DNA of 63,503 bases, filler included, from Octopus bimaculoides (GCF_001194135.2; 4 parts of 4 records of this genome joined end to end with filler, not necessarily neighbours in it), one strand, 5' to 3'; positions 1 to 12,669 are shown, numbered from the whole stretch's first letter. Program-made: numbers and translations. The notes: generated by a model from the sequence alone, not told the origin.

Positions 1-824
1 TATATATATATATATATATATGAATGTGTCTGTATATTTATATGTACATAGATACATGTAATAAATAGGTTTCATATATAAATGTGTGAAGATACATCGG
101 AATCTGAAAAACCATAGGAACATGCAAAAAAAGAGACGATTGCGGTTATAATTCTAATTAAAATATTTGATTTTTGTTCTTTTATATAAAAATGGATATT
201 GGACATTCAAAATTATCTTCCGAAATTGCTATTGTGTAGTAAAACAGTTTCGTGCATTAACTCCAGTCCATACCTTGTAGTAATTTTATTAATTTCAGAG
301 AGCTGTAATACAATGGCAAAATTTGTATCTGTTAAACTCAGAAGGTATGAGTATGTATTTACGTTCTGGAAAGAATTTAATCTTAAAGTATACTGCTTCC
401 ACAATTGCATTGCATTTGATTAATGTACACGTACAACGCAAAAAATCATTGGAGAGTGTGTGGTGTACAGCTATAGATTTCTGTACATCTCTGTAACTTC
501 GTGTTATGCATCAGGATTATATGACTTACACAGAAACTCGTTATTGGTCGCAAGTACAAAGTGTGCTTTGTTTATACGTTCATTTGAGATGGGATAGCGT
601 CCTGGAAATCTCCCTACACGACGACGAGTGTAAAAGAACACAAAATGTCTCAGACCAGTTAGGACAACTCACTTCATGATCGAGAATGATAGATATCGAT
701 ATTTCGCCCTTATTGTAGTTCATCGATACCATGTACACGAAACACCTCAAAACGAAATGAATTACCAGTCTAGGACATATATGCAAATAGTCTGAAGACT
801 ATATCCTTTCTACTGCAGAAATAA

Positions 825-1013
825 GGCTTGAAATTTGTGGGGAGAAAACTTGTAGATTAGATCGACCCCAGAACTTGATTAGTATTCATTCTAAAGATCT
901 CGAAAGGATGAAAAGCAAAGAAGGCCTCAGTAGAATGATAGCCCAGAACGTAAAGACGGACGATATACTATTAATAACCTTGTCCGGCTTGCTAACGATT
1001 CTGGCAGATTGCC
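825..1013 (-). mobile_element. tRNA-derived SINE, family A (octopus OK/OR-like), degenerate
   Basis: Reverse complement matches the GGC..CTGGCAGAATCGTTAGC head and TTTCATCCTTTCG.GGTCGAT body seen in the copies at 1288, 2236, 14543 and 31530. Confidence 0.8.
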
Positions 1014-1018
1014 ATCTA

Positions 1019-1166
1019 ATACATGATTATAGCAACAGTAGTATTCATTTTTAATTGTTTAATTATTGCATTAGATAGACTTTCAAGTGAAATTTAACTT
1101 GAAAGTCTATCTAGTGCAATAATTAAACAATTAAAAATGAATACTACTGTTGCTATAATCATGTAT
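1019..1166. repeat. Near-perfect 148-bp palindrome (possible TA-flanked MITE)
   Basis: Arms 1019-1088 and 1097-1166 are reverse complements with one mismatch (T1071/G1114); 8-nt centre GAAATTTA. Confidence 0.95.
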
Positions 1167-1287
1167 AGAGACGTTAAAAATTGAACCAGCACCTTTTATT
1201 TTGAAATATAAAATCTGTTGTTTCACCGTGTAGAAGTTAGAAGCATCTTTATCATGATGCCTATAATTTAACACAAATTATATTGTT

Positions 1288-1493
1288 TTCAAATCTTGGC
1301 ACAAGCCCAGCAATTTTGGGTTGGGAGTAAATTGATTACATTGGCCACAGTACCTGACTGGTACTTATTTTATCGATCCCAAAAGAATGAAAGGCAAAAA
1401 TCGACCTCACTGACATTTGAACCTAAAACGTAAACACAGAGAAAATACCGCTAAGAAATTTACCCGGCGTGCTTATGATTCAGCCATCTCGCC
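1288..1493 (-). mobile_element. tRNA-derived SINE, family A
   Basis: ATGAAAGGCAAA..TCGACCTC and AAATACCGCTAAG blocks are shared with the other copies; head ends at CTCGCC 1493. Confidence 0.85.
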
Positions 1494-1499
1494 ACCTTT

Positions 1500-3060
1500 T
1501 AACACACATTATATTGCCAAGAAGTACGCCCAGAATTTGTTTACAATATTGGCCGACTTCTTTGACACACTAAGCAAAAAGCATTTGCAATAGAAAGAAA
1601 AAAACAATTTTGGTTTTCCGAACGCGACATTAGAGCTCTAAGGAATGTGGTATTATCGATTAAATTTCCTTTGGAGTATTGCTGATAGATCGAAGTCAGT
1701 TTCTATAAACTGGATAGGCGTTGACATGAGATCGTGGTTTCGATTGCCGAACCGGGCGGTGCATTGTATTCTTGATCAAAACATTTCACGTAGAACCAGT
1801 CTATTTAGATGTAAATGTCTTCCAGCAATAACTGGGAAGTTAACGTTGCGGAGGACCAGCATCCCGTGCGGGGGTAGCGTGTGACTGTAATCTCAGTCAG
1901 TTATACACCTTAGAAATTAAAATGGAAAAGAATTGGTGAAGCTAGAACACTGCACATTATTCTTGGCTATTTTCGTCAACAAATCATCAACTCGATGTTG
2001 TTTCATGTGTTTTGAGGTTTCTCTGAGTAGTTTTTTCTCACATCAAATGACAATTTACTACTTCTTGTTCTATCATTAAGTTATGTTTCTAATCGTTTGA
2101 TTAGATTTCTTGTCAACTTTACCTCAACGATCATGTATTGCTTAGTTTCAAGCTCATTTTCACAGCTGGCTTCCTCAAAATTTCATTGAGATTCTTCTTT
2201 TCTTTCAGGTTCCACAAACCTTATGTATATGATAGCTTCAAAATATAGCCGGTAGGTTTTGAAGGGAAGGGACAAGTCGATTACATCAACCCCAGTAGTT
2301 CACTGGTACATATTTTATCAACACCGAAAGAATGAAAGGCAAAGTCGACCTCGGCGGAATTAGAGAGATGACATGCTGCTAAGCATTTTGTCCGGCGAGC
2401 CAGCGGGTCTGCCAGCTCGCCGCCTTTCAAAACCCTATGTATATGATATGGCCTGTATATAATGCAAAAATCGGTGCAGTGTTGTGCAACATTTCTTTCT
2501 CAACATTGATTCACTCAATCAGATCTCCTTCACTAAGCGTATTTTAGCAGTAGCTTCACTAAACCTGTTGCATACAAAGTAACACACGAACAACTATTTG
2601 TTCTTTTAATACATGAAATCCTGTGAAGTGACTTCAGAGATGTTCAAAAGCAGCATTTTCAAACTTCAAACTGCAATTGATGGTATCACTTCTTTAATGT
2701 TGAATATTTTAATTTCCCCCAATCAACAAATCAAAACACATCATTTATATTAAATTCTGTAATAAATGTTTTGAAAAGTTTGCCTGAACTCATGACATCC
2801 AGCATGCACTACATGAAAAGTAAGCGACGTTTAGCCGTCAGAGAGTGCAGTAATTCTTGGTCTTTAGTTGGATTGAATAAGGGAGGTATTGTTTGGCGGT
2901 CAGTAGGTGTGATCGTGTATAGATAATCTCTGAGAAGTTGTTTTCTACAAAATATTATACCATACACAAACCAAAGCGGAACTACCTACATAATATCTGA
3001 ACCTGCTGAAAATTGCAGTTAAATTTCTCCAAAACGGAAACCAGTTACCATAAAAATAAA
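1500..3060 (-). pseudogene. Putative decayed long reading frame of unknown family, interrupted by a SINE
   Basis: No microsatellites, more even composition than flanks; hand translation gives stop-poor protein-like stretches (QLLRDYLYTITPTDRQTIPPLFNP; INVEKEMLHNTAPIFALYTGHIIYIGFVEPER; LVLRNVNFPVIAGRHLHLNRLVLRE) joined by frameshifts. Confidence 0.35.
2236..2425 (-). mobile_element. tRNA-derived SINE, family A, with 19-bp target-site duplication
   Basis: GAATGAAAGGCAAAGTCGACCTCGGCGGAATT core; flanked by AAACC(T/C)TATGTATATGATA at 2216-2234 and 2430-2448. Confidence 0.9.
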
Positions 3061-3638
3061 GGGAGAGAGAAAAATTCGACAATGTAGTCATAAATGTGCA
3101 AAACATTAGCATTGCCATGGCCGAAATGCCTTACGTATGAAATAGGATGGCTCGATCATATTTAGACTGAGGATATTTTACACAAAAAAAAAAACAAACA
3201 TATCAAACATGTACGGAATTATCCATATTTTCAGCTTCTGATAATGTTACTTAATTACTTTGTAGATCGACCTGAGACAATAGGTTTACGTTAATATATT
3301 TTATATGTTAATTCATGATTGTAGCACGTCTTGACTAAAAATTATTTATTATCGTGTACAGACTTGATCATGGGAGACAAGAAAAACGTTTTTGTATAAT
3401 AATCAGAGTAAAAGCAAGTTTCACAGAAATATTAAAGTGTTATAGAGAATAAAAAATACACCTTTTCCTGGGGGCAGATTTTAGTATGTATACATGATTA
3501 CGAGCCATTATTAGAATTCCATTTGAAATCTCAATACCAGACAATTTCTATTGCAATCAGAACATCATTATTGCAACACAACTGTAATAAAGTTATAGTG
3601 AGTGTGCGTATACATGTGTGTATATATATGTATATATA

Positions 3639-3642
<4 letters not shown>

Positions 3643-3709
<67 letters not shown>
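3643..3709. repeat. (GT)n microsatellite running into an assembly gap
   Basis: Direct reading. Confidence 0.98.
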
Positions 3710-6004
3710 NNNNNNNNNNNNNNNNNNNNNNNNNNNNNNNNNNNNNNNNNNNNNNNNNNNNNNNNNNNNNNNNNNNNNNNNNNNNNNNNNNNNNNNNNNN
3801 NNNNNNNNNNNNNNNNNNNNNNNNNNNNNNNNNNNNNNNNNNNNNNNNNNNNNNNNNNNNNNNNNNNNNNNNNNNNNNNNNNNNNNNNNNNNNNNNNNNN
3901 NNNNNNNNNNNNNNNNNNNNNNNNNNNNNNNNNNNNNNNNNNNNNNNNNNNNNNNNNNNNNNNNNNNNNNNNNNNNNNNNNNNNNNNNNNNNNNNNNNNN
4001 NNNNNNNNNNNNNNNNNNNNNNNNNNNNNNNNNNNNNNNNNNNNNNNNNNNNNNNNNNNNNNNNNNNNNNNNNNNNNNNNNNNNNNNNNNNNNNNNNNNN
4101 NNNNNNNNNNNNNNNNNNNNNNNNNNNNNNNNNNNNNNNNNNNNNNNNNNNNNNNNNNNNNNNNNNNNNNNNNNNNNNNNNNNNNNNNNNNNNNNNNNNN
4201 NNNNNNNNNNNNNNNNNNNNNNNNNNNNNNNNNNNNNNNNNNNNNNNNNNNNNNNNNNNNNNNNNNNNNNNNNNNNNNNNNNNNNNNNNNNNNNNNNNNN
4301 NNNNNNNNNNNNNNNNNNNNNNNNNNNNNNNNNNNNNNNNNNNNNNNNNNNNNNNNNNNNNNNNNNNNNNNNNNNNNNNNNNNNNNNNNNNNNNNNNNNN
4401 NNNNNNNNNNNNNNNNNNNNNNNNNNNNNNNNNNNNNNNNNNNNNNNNNNNNNNNNNNNNNNNNNNNNNNNNNNNNNNNNNNNNNNNNNNNNNNNNNNNN
4501 NNNNNNNNNNNNNNNNNNNNNNNNNNNNNNNNNNNNNNNNNNNNTATATATATATATAATGCATGTCTGTATATCTTTTTATCTGTCTACCTGCGTGTGT
4601 ATATGCATAGACTATATTTCTTGGCAGAAATCCTTATTTGTTAGTCACAATACTGAGAATTACTCATTCTCTCCTACATCTTTGCTATTTCTTCCACCAT
4701 CCCTCTACATCTACTTCACACCACCATTAACCACTTGAACAGAAAAACAACTTTTACCCAATCAGCAGACTATCTCTACTAAAATCTATTCTTTCCCTTT
4801 GCTTCGTTCAACCGGATTTGTCATTAACGAAGAGGTTTACATAGTCAAACTCAATGTAAATTAACGGTTCAATTGACACGTGAAAATGAATTAAATGGGC
4901 GACTGCCTATATGGAAGTATATTATGATATTTAAAAATATTAGTCACCTACCTACTAGACAGGCAAATACATTTCTACCATTAATTTGCTGCTATATTCC
5001 AACGATGACTTAACGGATGGTAGAGCGGTCTATTTGCTGGATTTTCGGGAGTTCATACTTTATTAATGATATTGTTATACCGTATTACAACGGATTGATT
5101 TTTACTCCACTACCAACCTCAAGTGTGTGTAAATATATGTATGTGTGCATATGTATCATATATCTATATGTACAGGTATGCATGCGTCTCTCTCTCATAT
5201 ATACATATATTTCCAATATCTTCTCATTTATAAATTGGTGCAGAAACACAAATTGCATAAAAGCAAACTTATTGAAGGTGGGATATGTGCAATTATTTCT
5301 TTTTTAGTTTGTACTGCAAAGCTTTCTCCACATGACCAAAGACATTTCATAAAGAAAAATACAGTTAACCACCGACTAGTTCGCTGTAGAATTCAAATTA
5401 CTTTTCTCTTGTTCTGCAAAGAAATCTGCCTAATATTACAAACATAAAGATAAAAACGATGTCCAATGGGGATCACAACACAGTTAAGACACTAATAGCG
5501 ATGGATACGGATCATTTATTGGCCATTTACACTAAGAAACATTGCCTTTCGTAAAAGTGTTGAATATAACTCACAAATTTAGTATAAGATACGGTTTCGA
5601 TCCCAAATTGTTAGTGCTCCATGAACTTGAACGCTTCAAAAGTGTCGCTATTTTTGTTCACTACAGTAGAAATCATATACATACAGATATATATGTGAGA
5701 GAGAGCGTGATATTTATTGGTGTATTTGTAAGTACTACTTCCATTTAAAGGTTGACTCGGATCGTAGTTAATGGCACGCTACATCAATTCTTATACAGAT
5801 CTAAATTTGCGGAACAATCAACTAATACTGCCATTGAAATTCTAATGTAAAGCAATACAAACAAATACTTACTGAAAGGAAAATATACAAATAAACGTTA
5901 ATTTGATTAAAAACTGTAATCATTCTTATGCTAAGATTTTTCATTGCATTAATCTAAGACGAATTGTTTGAAACTATAAGCCGTAAAGTATCTTTCACTC
6001 TCTC

Positions 6005-6072
<68 letters not shown>

Positions 6073-6869
6073 TTTCTTTACAGGATCATTCAAAGAGTGT
6101 CACAATTAATGCTTTTATTTTCTTCGATAACAATTAAATTACTTATCGGAAGGAGAAACCGATTAAGGCGTTGACCATTAAAGAAAGAAAATCAAGCATG
6201 CAAGCCATATCAGTCCATTAGTAGAATTAACAATTACGGGTGATGAAAGCAAACTGTGTCATTCACGTATTAAAAGGTCTAATTTTTAAATTCAAGTCTT
6301 TGAAAATAATAGAATTTTCTCTTATCTAATCATAACAATAACATTTGGTAAAATCGTTTTTCAAACAGAATACATTTTACAAAATCGATACTGTTTCTGT
6401 TTAGAAGCTACGTATATAATCTTGATGAGTTGCAGTTAATACGGAAACAGCCCAATTAAACATGGCATACTCATTTTCGTTGGATTATTAAAGTATCTTG
6501 AAGCACTTCAAATACATGTTTCGCTGGAGGTAAGTTAATTCATTGTTTGTAACGTTTTATAGTTTTGCATTCTCTTGTCTTAATGTCTAAAATGAATTCG
6601 GCATTATGTAGTTTTCATTTATTACTTCTCATATAAGATTTCACATTTCCTAAAATCCTCCTAGCGGCTCAAGTAATTAAAAACAAAAACAAATGTTATA
6701 ATTAATTACTTCTTCCATTTGTATTACACTTTTAGAATAGATTTGATTCTTAAATTTTATATCTCTATTGTTCAACCCATGCTAACATGGAATATTAACG
6801 CTAGATGATGATGAGAAGGAGGAAGAGGGGGGAATTCGTTAAAACATAAATCAGCTACTATCCAACTTT

Positions 6870-7495
6870 GCTTTGAATCCTTTCAAGGTCGATAAAATTA
6901 AGTAGTAACTAAATAGGAGTCGATGTTATCGACTCAGCCACTCCCGCTAAAAAAATGCTGGCCTCGTGTCTAGATTGGAAGCATGATATAAGTAATTACT
7001 TTTCTTCATTAAAACAGATAGCAGAGAAATGGTAGAATCGCTCGCTTGTCGGAAAACTGCCTTGTGGGATTGCTTTCGGTTCTTTACGTTCTAAGGTCAA
7101 ATTCTGTCGGGGTTAACATTGCTTTCCTTATTTCGGGGACAATATGAAAGAACACCAATCAAGCACTATGGGCGATGATATTGACCCCCCACCCCCGCCC
7201 ATAGTGGACAAATTGCTTTGCGGTATTTGTCCCAGCTCTTTTGCATTCTGGGTTAATCAAATTAACGTTTATTTGTACATTTTCCTTTCAGTATTGCTTT
7301 ACATTCGAATTTCAGTGGCAGGTTGTTCCGCAAATTTAGATCTGTATAAGAATTCAAATCACTTCGAGGTCAGCTTTGCCCTTAATTTTTTTTTTCTGGG
7401 GTCGATAAAATAAAGTATTAGTCTACGCACTGGGTTTTATGGTATCAACTAAACTCATCCCATTAAAATTTCTGTCGCTGTGCCTAAATTAGAAA
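6870..7495 (+). mobile_element. Cluster of degenerate family A SINE fragments
   Basis: Three partial copies: CTTTGCTTTGAATCCTTTCAAGGTCGATAAA (~6877), GGTAGAATCG..TTACGTTCTAAGGTCAAATTC (~7031), TTCAAATCACTTCGAGGTCAGCTTTGCC..GGGGTCGATAAA (~7353). Confidence 0.7.
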
Positions 7496-8424
7496 TCATT
7501 TTTAGAGAGACGGATGAAAGAACATAGGTAGATATGTAGGTGGATAGCTAACCAATACAATAACAAACTTATCTGTTGTAAAATATAATTGAATCTATTT
7601 GTTTAGTTCCTATAGAGGCAATATTTAATTTATTTGCTTCTATAAAAACGCTCGGATTTCTTTGATATGAAATAATGATAGCACAGAAACACACACTCAA
7701 ACACTCGCATACACACATACTCTTGTTCAATAGGAATGTGTAAACTCATCGTCATATAGATAGTTCTGAAATTTCTTATAGCTATGAGCTTTGTAACGGA
7801 TAATTTCTTTCGGGGAAAAATATGTATTTTTTTCTTTCTTGCTTTCATTGTTTCTTTCATCACACGAAAATAATTTCTAGTATTTCAACGTAGTCTTGAA
7901 ATTGGGTGAAAACAAATTGCCTTTGAATTGTAGGTTTTGATGTGTTTCGTAACATAACTACCGCATACTACTTTCTTTTGGGCTTTTAAAACTGTAATAG
8001 AAATACAATATTTAACAACAATCTACAGCTTTCACTTTTTCTTTCATATGAAACCTGTCAATCAAAACAGAGTAAACTAGTTATTTACATAACAAGTTTC
8101 TATTTTAATGTACAGAATATATTTTTGAACAACTGTATTTTATCTGAGCTTTGGAGTCAATCAAAACTATTTAACTTCTCACGCTGTGAATTTTTTTGAC
8201 AAAAGAATACAACAACCTCGCTATGTAGAGTACGCCTACTTGACAAATCACTCTCTCTTGTAAAACTACGCATGATTTATGTTTTCAGATAAAAATAATT
8301 TATATCTATATTAACCTCCAATACTTTTCCTTTTAGTATGAACAGATTCTTCGTTTTGATGTTGGTAGATAAGCAAAATCATTGGAGTTCATTGTTATTT
8401 TTTTTTTTTTAGTTTTTACATTCT

Positions 8425-8560
8425 GACTTCAAATCCTGCAAGCGTCAACTTTACCTTTCATCCGTCCGGGGTCGATAAAATGTTCTATTCAGGTACACAT
8501 GTCAATTTAATCCACTTACCATTCTTTTCACATTTGTAGTCGTGCGTCTTAAAGAAAAGA
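8425..8560 (+). mobile_element. Family A SINE fragment
   Basis: CAACTTTACCTTTCATCCGTCCGGGGTCGATAAA core. Confidence 0.75.
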
Positions 8561-8939
8561 TATTTCTATCATGGATAACGTTTAGAACAACAGTACGCCT
8601 CGAGCGAAATGTCTCCAGATATATCCTACTATGATATTCTATTTCTTTTTTGTTATTTTCTTTTTTTTTTTCTATACTTAACTAGGAACGCTACGGCGCT
8701 GAAACCTATATATCTAAAATCAAATCACTGACTAGTAAGACAGGAAACCATTATATTGTAATGGAATCATATTATCGGAAATATGTAGACTCTTTCATCA
8801 TGATCTACTCCGTAAAACTAATCGTTGTACTCTTATTTCCTTCTTTGTTTCAAGATGATATCACACAAATACCTCGGCTCTTGTATTTTCTAGGGCAGAT
8901 ACGATATTTAACATGAAGTATGAGAGATAACTTACTCAG

Positions 8940-10090
8940 TAATCGAAATGTAGTAGTATAAATGACAAAAGTGATTTGGGAGGAGGGAAAAATAGTGCGA
9001 ACGAGAAGCTAATGTTGTAGTTTGTATTATTGATTGATGGGGAACCTGAACACAATAATCGAATATTTCCTGTTGATGTTTCACCTCTTTGTAAAATGTC
9101 AGAGATAATAAATTTGACATGCAGTTCTTCTTTTTCTTCTTCTTCAGATATCTGGTTGAAATGCGCAATTACTGAAGTTCTACATAAACGGAGCAGATTC
9201 TGTAATCTTATACTCTACATATACACAAATCGATTTTTTTGCGAATACAATTCCTGGAAAAGTGAAAGGCAGAGACACAACAAGTAATGTGAATAAGATA
9301 TTTGACAACGTATGCCAGGATAGCATCATAAATTACCATTGGGTAGCTTCTCTTAAAGCCTTACATTCTTCTGAAAGATTTCCCTTAAACGTTAGCAGCC
9401 AGAAAACCTTTTAGTAGATAATTTTCTAATCCATACTACTATGTTGCCACTCTTTCTTGATATCACGCATCGGTGACTAATACATTTACATCCCAACTTC
9501 GACATTCGACTGATATTTACTGCTATGATTTGATATGTTGTGAGAGATATTTAGTTTCTCAGCATGAATAGGAGACTGACAATGAAAGATTAGACTATAC
9601 TCAATAAAATAACTATTTTTTTCCTTTTTAATAATGTTTTAATATTCGAAAATCTTTGCTGTTTGCGTAAATGCTACTGCTTCAACAACTGCAGATAAAG
9701 GTAGCGTAAAACTGATATCTAATGTGAAGTATAAAAGTTGAAATAAAGAAAACATAAAACTTGTTTCCACTTCCTCTTGCAAGAGTAAAATCTCTCGGAC
9801 TATTTGGATCGAGTGAATATATTGAATGAATAGAGTTTTGATACTCATTCCATAATTCATGATTACATATTCATTTCCATTGCAGTATATGACGAAACAA
9901 GTGCTTTTATACTGCTCCTAAACGGTCTCTTTATTCAGAGGGTTTAATGTGTTCAAAATAAAGCAGACTTCACTTAAAATATCTCCTGTTGATAACCTTC
10001 TTTGTAATACAGAAATTTGACTTTGAAGATTGGTGGCTTTGATGCAATCAATACGAAAGCATGTTGAGAAAGTTTTCTATAAACGGAATC
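8940..10090 (-). pseudogene. Putative decayed coding sequence with ~450-bp internal periodicity
   Basis: Motif ATAT(T/C)T(C/A)CTG(T/C)T recurs at ~9063, ~9513 and ~9979; one minus frame has a single stop over ~130 codons (ISVLQRRLSTGDIL...AVVEAVAFTQTAKIFEY). Confidence 0.3.
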
Positions 10091-10547
10091 AATTAAATAG
10101 AAGCAGCAAGAGAAGTATAGCTGCATGAGACAACTGAACTTAAGGCCTATTCTAAACTATGTATTTTTTACCGAAACTATTTCAGACAACTTGTCCATTT
10201 CAACATATTTAGCGAAATATATCTTATAGAGACAACTGGATACAGCGAGAAACGCGGTAGGCCTCCAAAACCCACCTCGAATGATACGCTTCTCTTTAAA
10301 AGCGAGGAAGTTATATAAGATAATGAACTCCCAGGTAACTCATCAGAAAAGGGGATGCCGGTGGCTGAAAATGTCTTTGATCATAGGTTTGATTGAACAG
10401 GGATAATTTGGAACGAAATAATAGCAGCAATTTCAAGTGTTCGAATATTTCAGTGTGTGTGCATCGCAGAGTGAATCTGCATTTTCGTGTCGAATACATG
10501 TCTATATGTTTCTGTTTATGTGTGTTCTTGATGGTATTTTGTGACGT

Positions 10548-11407
10548 TAAATATATTACATAGAAAAATGCGAGCAAGAGAAATAATAAATAATATTCTT
10601 AAGATTATAGATCTGGAAAAGTATAGGACAAGGTATTACACTTGGAGAAGTTCAGGACAAGTTTTTACATCTTGTAAAGTACAGAAGAAATTTAAAATTT
10701 CTACTTAAAATATTGCAGCTAAGAATAAAATTTCAAATAAAATATTTAGATTTAGAAAATATTAGCTTTTATTACAAGTTATTACTTCTATTTGTTATTA
10801 CTTGTCACTTCCATTAATAAATATTAAAAAAATAACTATTAGAATAATTTTTGCACTTTAAAACAATTCATTTTTTTAATTATTAATTAATAATTAGAAA
10901 TTTGAAAATAGGTTATAAAAAATAATAGTAGTACATAATCAGTTATTGCAATAAATAGAATAATACAAAAATTAATTATATATTACAGTAAAATCTACCT
11001 AGAACAACAAATTCCCTGTAAGACTTGCTTGAGTTATTGCCAAGTCTTCACATTTTTAGTCTTGATCCAATGCCTAGGTTTTACATGATGAATTAATTTT
11101 TCATATATACTGTTATACTTTGCATATAATTTTAGCTATATTGATACTTCTGGCTCTCATTTTTTAAGTATTCTAGTGTGTCAACATTTTAACATAATGA
11201 TGGTACCTTTTTAATTATGATGTTACTTCGTAAATTAAAATCAAATAGAATTATTAATATTCAAATTTTATCCTTAGCTGCAATATTTTAAGTAAACATA
11301 TTCTTGTTCTGTACTTTACTAGATGTAATAAGTTATCTTGAGATAAGATGTATAATCTTAAGAATATTATTTCCCTTGCTCGCATTTTCCCATGTAATCC
11401 ATATTTA
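10548..11407. mobile_element. Foldback/MITE-like element with long imperfect terminal inverted repeats
   Basis: 10548-10740 matches the reverse complement of 11256-11407; shared blocks AAAATGCGAGCAAG, AATAATATTCTTAAGATTATA, GTAAAGTACAGAA, TACTTAAAATATTGCAGCTAAG. Confidence 0.85.
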
Positions 11408-12669
11408 TCCAGGCTATGCTATTATGCTAATTAATAATGTGTCAATTAGCGGTGTCGATAATTTTGTATTTACCTCAATGATGCCAGTGACATATATTAA
11501 AAGTACCCTAGAACTATATTCATAAAAATGTATAGAACTGTATTATCACCCTCAAATTTGCGAAACAAACGCTCATAAGTTTTTCTTTTAAAAACTTCGT
11601 TGCACGAGATTCATACCGTGAAATTCCTCGAATTGAGCTCTATCATTTAAGCTTAAATTAAAATTTAGTTTGTTTTTTCTTTTTAAAAAGTTAATTAAAC
11701 TTAAATCCAATTTGTTTGCCTTATATGTTTTCATGGCTTTTTTAATACAAATTTTTGTTTTATGGGACCAAAACTATGAAATTCTTCATGCTTTCTGCTA
11801 TCATTGAAGCTTTTAAAATAAATTTTGCTTTTAAAATAAAAAAATTATTTAACTCTAAACTTACTCCCCTATAACGCTGCTACAAATTTTGATGTAAACT
11901 TTTGTTTACTGGACCAAATCTCATTTTTTTTTTCTCAAAATGTAGCTAGGGACGAGTCCTCTTCAAAATGCTAAGTTTTTCATTTAGTTAAGAACTGAAT
12001 TAGCGACAAGCTATGAAAGATGCTGCGTGCGAGTAAATTTCGGCCTTAAACGTATTCAGCTACTGTAGTAACTGAATGATATATCATCGAATTTATGCAA
12101 CTTTCCATGTAACTCTTTGGTAGTGACTAAGCTTTACTTGTATAAACAAGAACAAACACACAGGCACAATCTGTCTCCCTCCCCCTCCATCTATGTTAAA
12201 CTATGCAAATGTATCTGATCCACACCTCATTTAACAAAATTTAAATATGTTGAACCGGAAACAAACAAGAATTGAAGAGAAAAAATGGTCTTAGAAATAG
12301 CAATCATGTCTCCCTCATATCACACTGTAAATTCTTCAAATAGGAAAGACAACATGGATACTAATTCGGTGTTACGGAGATCAACGAGAATCCGAAGAAT
12401 AAAGCGCCTATTCAACATTAATAGACACGAACAGATTCGACCGTGAATATCTGATTGGATATTCGCATTCGACTCACCGATGCATGTTCTATAAACAGAC
12501 ATTGTCTGAAGCGAGGAGATTTTCTACGAGGATGAAAAACAACAGCGATCAGATATACCCGTTTGGGTAAGTCAGAACGTGTTATAAATGAATAAGTGCG
12601 TTACAATATAGACAAATTAGTTCTCAATGTACTATCCCTACTAATCCTTTCTACTTTACTACTAGGAAC

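Noticed and set aside
3523-4738. Long ORFs of 200-440 aa in the track (also near 15.8, 25.9, 39.4, 51.1, 52.4 and 60.4 kb)
   Set aside because: They are mostly X residues from N gaps plus translated microsatellites
6405-6535. Plus-strand exon-like pieces with good donors (GAG/GTAAGT ~6529; GAAG/GTATGT ~46234)
   Set aside because: Stops in all frames from the plausible acceptors; indistinguishable from random pseudo-exons without RNA data
10612-10820. ~70-codon open frame WKSIGQGITLGEVQDKFL...
   Set aside because: Lies in the left arm of the foldback element, has no start codon, and is disrupted in the right arm
10750-11030. Very AT-rich tract resembling a mitochondrial insertion
   Set aside because: No recognisable mitochondrial gene, tRNA or rRNA motif; it is the spacer of the foldback element
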